Positions 62,371-64,000 of a DNA stretch of 64,000 nt are shown piece by piece. Each line of letters opens with the position of its first letter. Within the stretch, counting starts at the first letter, position 1. A program made the position numbers and the translations under genes. The notes under the pieces are model-generated. The model searched no databases, had not been told where the DNA came from, and saw only the letters and a program-made list of their open reading frames with translations. This DNA comes from Mizuhopecten yessoensis (lineage: Eukaryota), in the NCBI RefSeq assembly GCF_002113885.1, contig NW_018404492.1, forward strand, positions 2,588,506 through 2,652,505, given 5' to 3'.

Positions 62371-62568
62371 CATGAGATCAGGGCCCTTGCTGCGTCATGG
62401 GCCCTCCTCAATGGGTCCCCCTTTCAGGAGGTCATGTCCGCAGCTTTCTGGCGCGGACAGACTACCTTCACGGATTTTTATCTCCGGTCCTTGGCCTCTC
62501 ATTCTGATGGATTGTATTCCCTTGGACCGGTGGTGGTTGCACAGTCTGTGGCTGTTCCTCCACAGTAA
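62371..62568 (+). CDS. Tyrosine recombinase C-terminus of the DIRS element (5'-partial at gap)
   Basis: HEIRALAASWA...AAFWRGQTTFTDFY: H-x-x-R, W and catalytic Y of the YR fold in DIRS-type spacing. Confidence 0.85.
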   Translation, partial: HEIRALAASWALLNGSPFQEVMSAAFWRGQTTFTDFYLRSLASHSDGLYSLGPVVVAQSVAVPPQ

Positions 62569-63751
62569 TTCAGTGATTTTAAATAGTATGCTATCAGGCA
62601 CCACGGTGGTACACCTGCTCGTTTCACGGGGAGGTTTTCCATTTTTTAATTACTTTCGGGGCTTTATTAGGGGGGTTCCTTGAACCTTTTCCCTACCTTG
62701 AGCATGTCTCGAGTTTGTTCCGTCAGCCTGGTCTGCCTGGATTCGAAGCCTCCACTACGGTAAGACGAATTCGCATACTAAAGTTATGGTAATTATTACT
62801 GAAATGAAATTGAGGTTTTTGAAGTAAAACCAATTTTCATGATGTAATACTTACCATAACTTTATGGAGTCCCACCCTGTATTCCTCCCCTTGCCTCCTC
62901 ATCCTGGCTGCCTTTAGGCTCCATAAAAGGGGGTTTGAGGAAGGGAGATCACTCCGTGGCTCTGTCATCGAGATAGAGGTTACGTCACGGTAGGGAGGTA
63001 GGGATATTTGAATCTTTTGTTTTTCCGGCTACAAAGATGGGTGTAGGTATTGTATATGCATACTAAAGTTATGGTAAGTATTACATCATGAAAATTGGTT
63101 TTACTTCAAAAACCTCAAATTTTTCACAGCGCGGAAATGCTGGTGTTTCTTGCATTAGGTTAATTAGTGCAAAAAAATCAACATGCAAATATCTCTATAT
63201 GAATTATATCAATAAAGATATTTGATAGATGCAAAAAAAATCCTTACTGTGATCAGTTTAAAATGTCAAAATGTGAACATTTCCATTTGCTAAAGCCTCC
63301 ACATTTACTTTAGTTAGTACGTTATTAGGATAATGTGATCTGGTAGGGTGTGCTGATACCATATCCAGGCTATGACATTTCAGTGAGATGACACTATAAA
63401 GTGGATCTGGACTTGCCCCTTGACATCTATCGACACTGTCTTTATGTGACCAAAGCTGTTGTGAGGATGCAAAATCATAAACAAACTTCCATTGATTTTG
63501 ATGTTAATCTTTTCACCATTAATGGCAACGTTGCTCCCCCCAAACACAACTCACAGCCAATCTGTCAATTCTGTGTGAATGGTAACAGGCTTGTTTGATT
63601 ACCTATTCTGAACATCTATAAATCAAGGCGCTGTTAATGAATCAGAAAGATTGTATCGGCAGTAATTATTTGAAAAGGTTGATGTGGACTTGAGTAATAC
63701 TCATTGGTATGAACATTTGGTCATCAGTCTTACAACAGACATCATATCTCT

Positions 63752-64000
63752 ATCAGCTCACCGAGTCCGAAGGACCAAGGTGAGCTTATGCCATACCGTG
63801 GCATCTGTCGTCCGTCTGTCAACAATTTCTTTAAGCGACTTTTTCTTAACCACTGATTGGAATTTAACTAAATTTGACTGGAAGCATCCTTAGGTGGTGG
63901 AGATTCAAAATTGTACAAATGGTTGGGCTGACCCACCAGAGGGCTGAGGGGCGGGGGCAATTTGGCTATATTGCTTTAAGGGACTTCTCTGGAACTAAGA
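63752..64000 (+). mobile_element. 5' part of a MITE/HINE-like repeat
   Basis: agctcacc...ggtgagct hairpin head, gtcgtccgtctgtc motif, gaagcatcctt/ggggc unit as at 29570 and 1680. Confidence 0.6.

Larger units (their letters stand above)
61770..63122 (+). mobile_element. DIRS1-like tyrosine-recombinase retrotransposon (interior hidden by an N gap)
   Basis: Inverted terminal repeats ~61787-61943 and ~62916-63078; internal complementary region 62773-62864 matching both outer termini; TTT ends; YR C-terminus. Confidence 0.9.

Noticed and set aside
61887-62683. Long ORFs containing X runs
   Set aside because: Artefacts of translating the N gap; only 62371-62568 (+) is supported as tyrosine recombinase.

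Overview
AT-rich, intron-containing animal DNA; the repeat types suggest a mollusc, probably a bivalve (inference). Two + strand genes can be spliced by hand from GT/AG sites with consistent phases. (1) 1..8821 is the 3' part of a single-pass membrane protein: Thr-rich Gly-X-Y repeat, 10 complete EGF/cbEGF domains (8 from a recent four-copy exon+intron tandem duplication), two 4-Cys truncated EGF + acidic linker modules, a TM helix and a short tail. (2) 31625..>61723 is the 5' part of an ADGRV1 (VLGR1/GPR98) orthologue: 26 coding exons, about 1715 aa, with signal peptide, many Calx-beta domains and a LamG/pentraxin domain, continuing past the window. The introns hold a DIRS1-type tyrosine-recombinase retrotransposon with intact ITR/ICR termini, a 3.8-kb 41-bp satellite that switches strand about 8 times, a homogeneous 40-bp satellite, SINEs and MITE/HINE-like repeats. 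The most unusual pattern is that several tandem repeats are copies of real splice junctions, giving decoy donors and acceptors. A 23-bp minisatellite also carries ten perfect CRE palindromes. No CRISPR array, rRNA or true tRNA gene was found.
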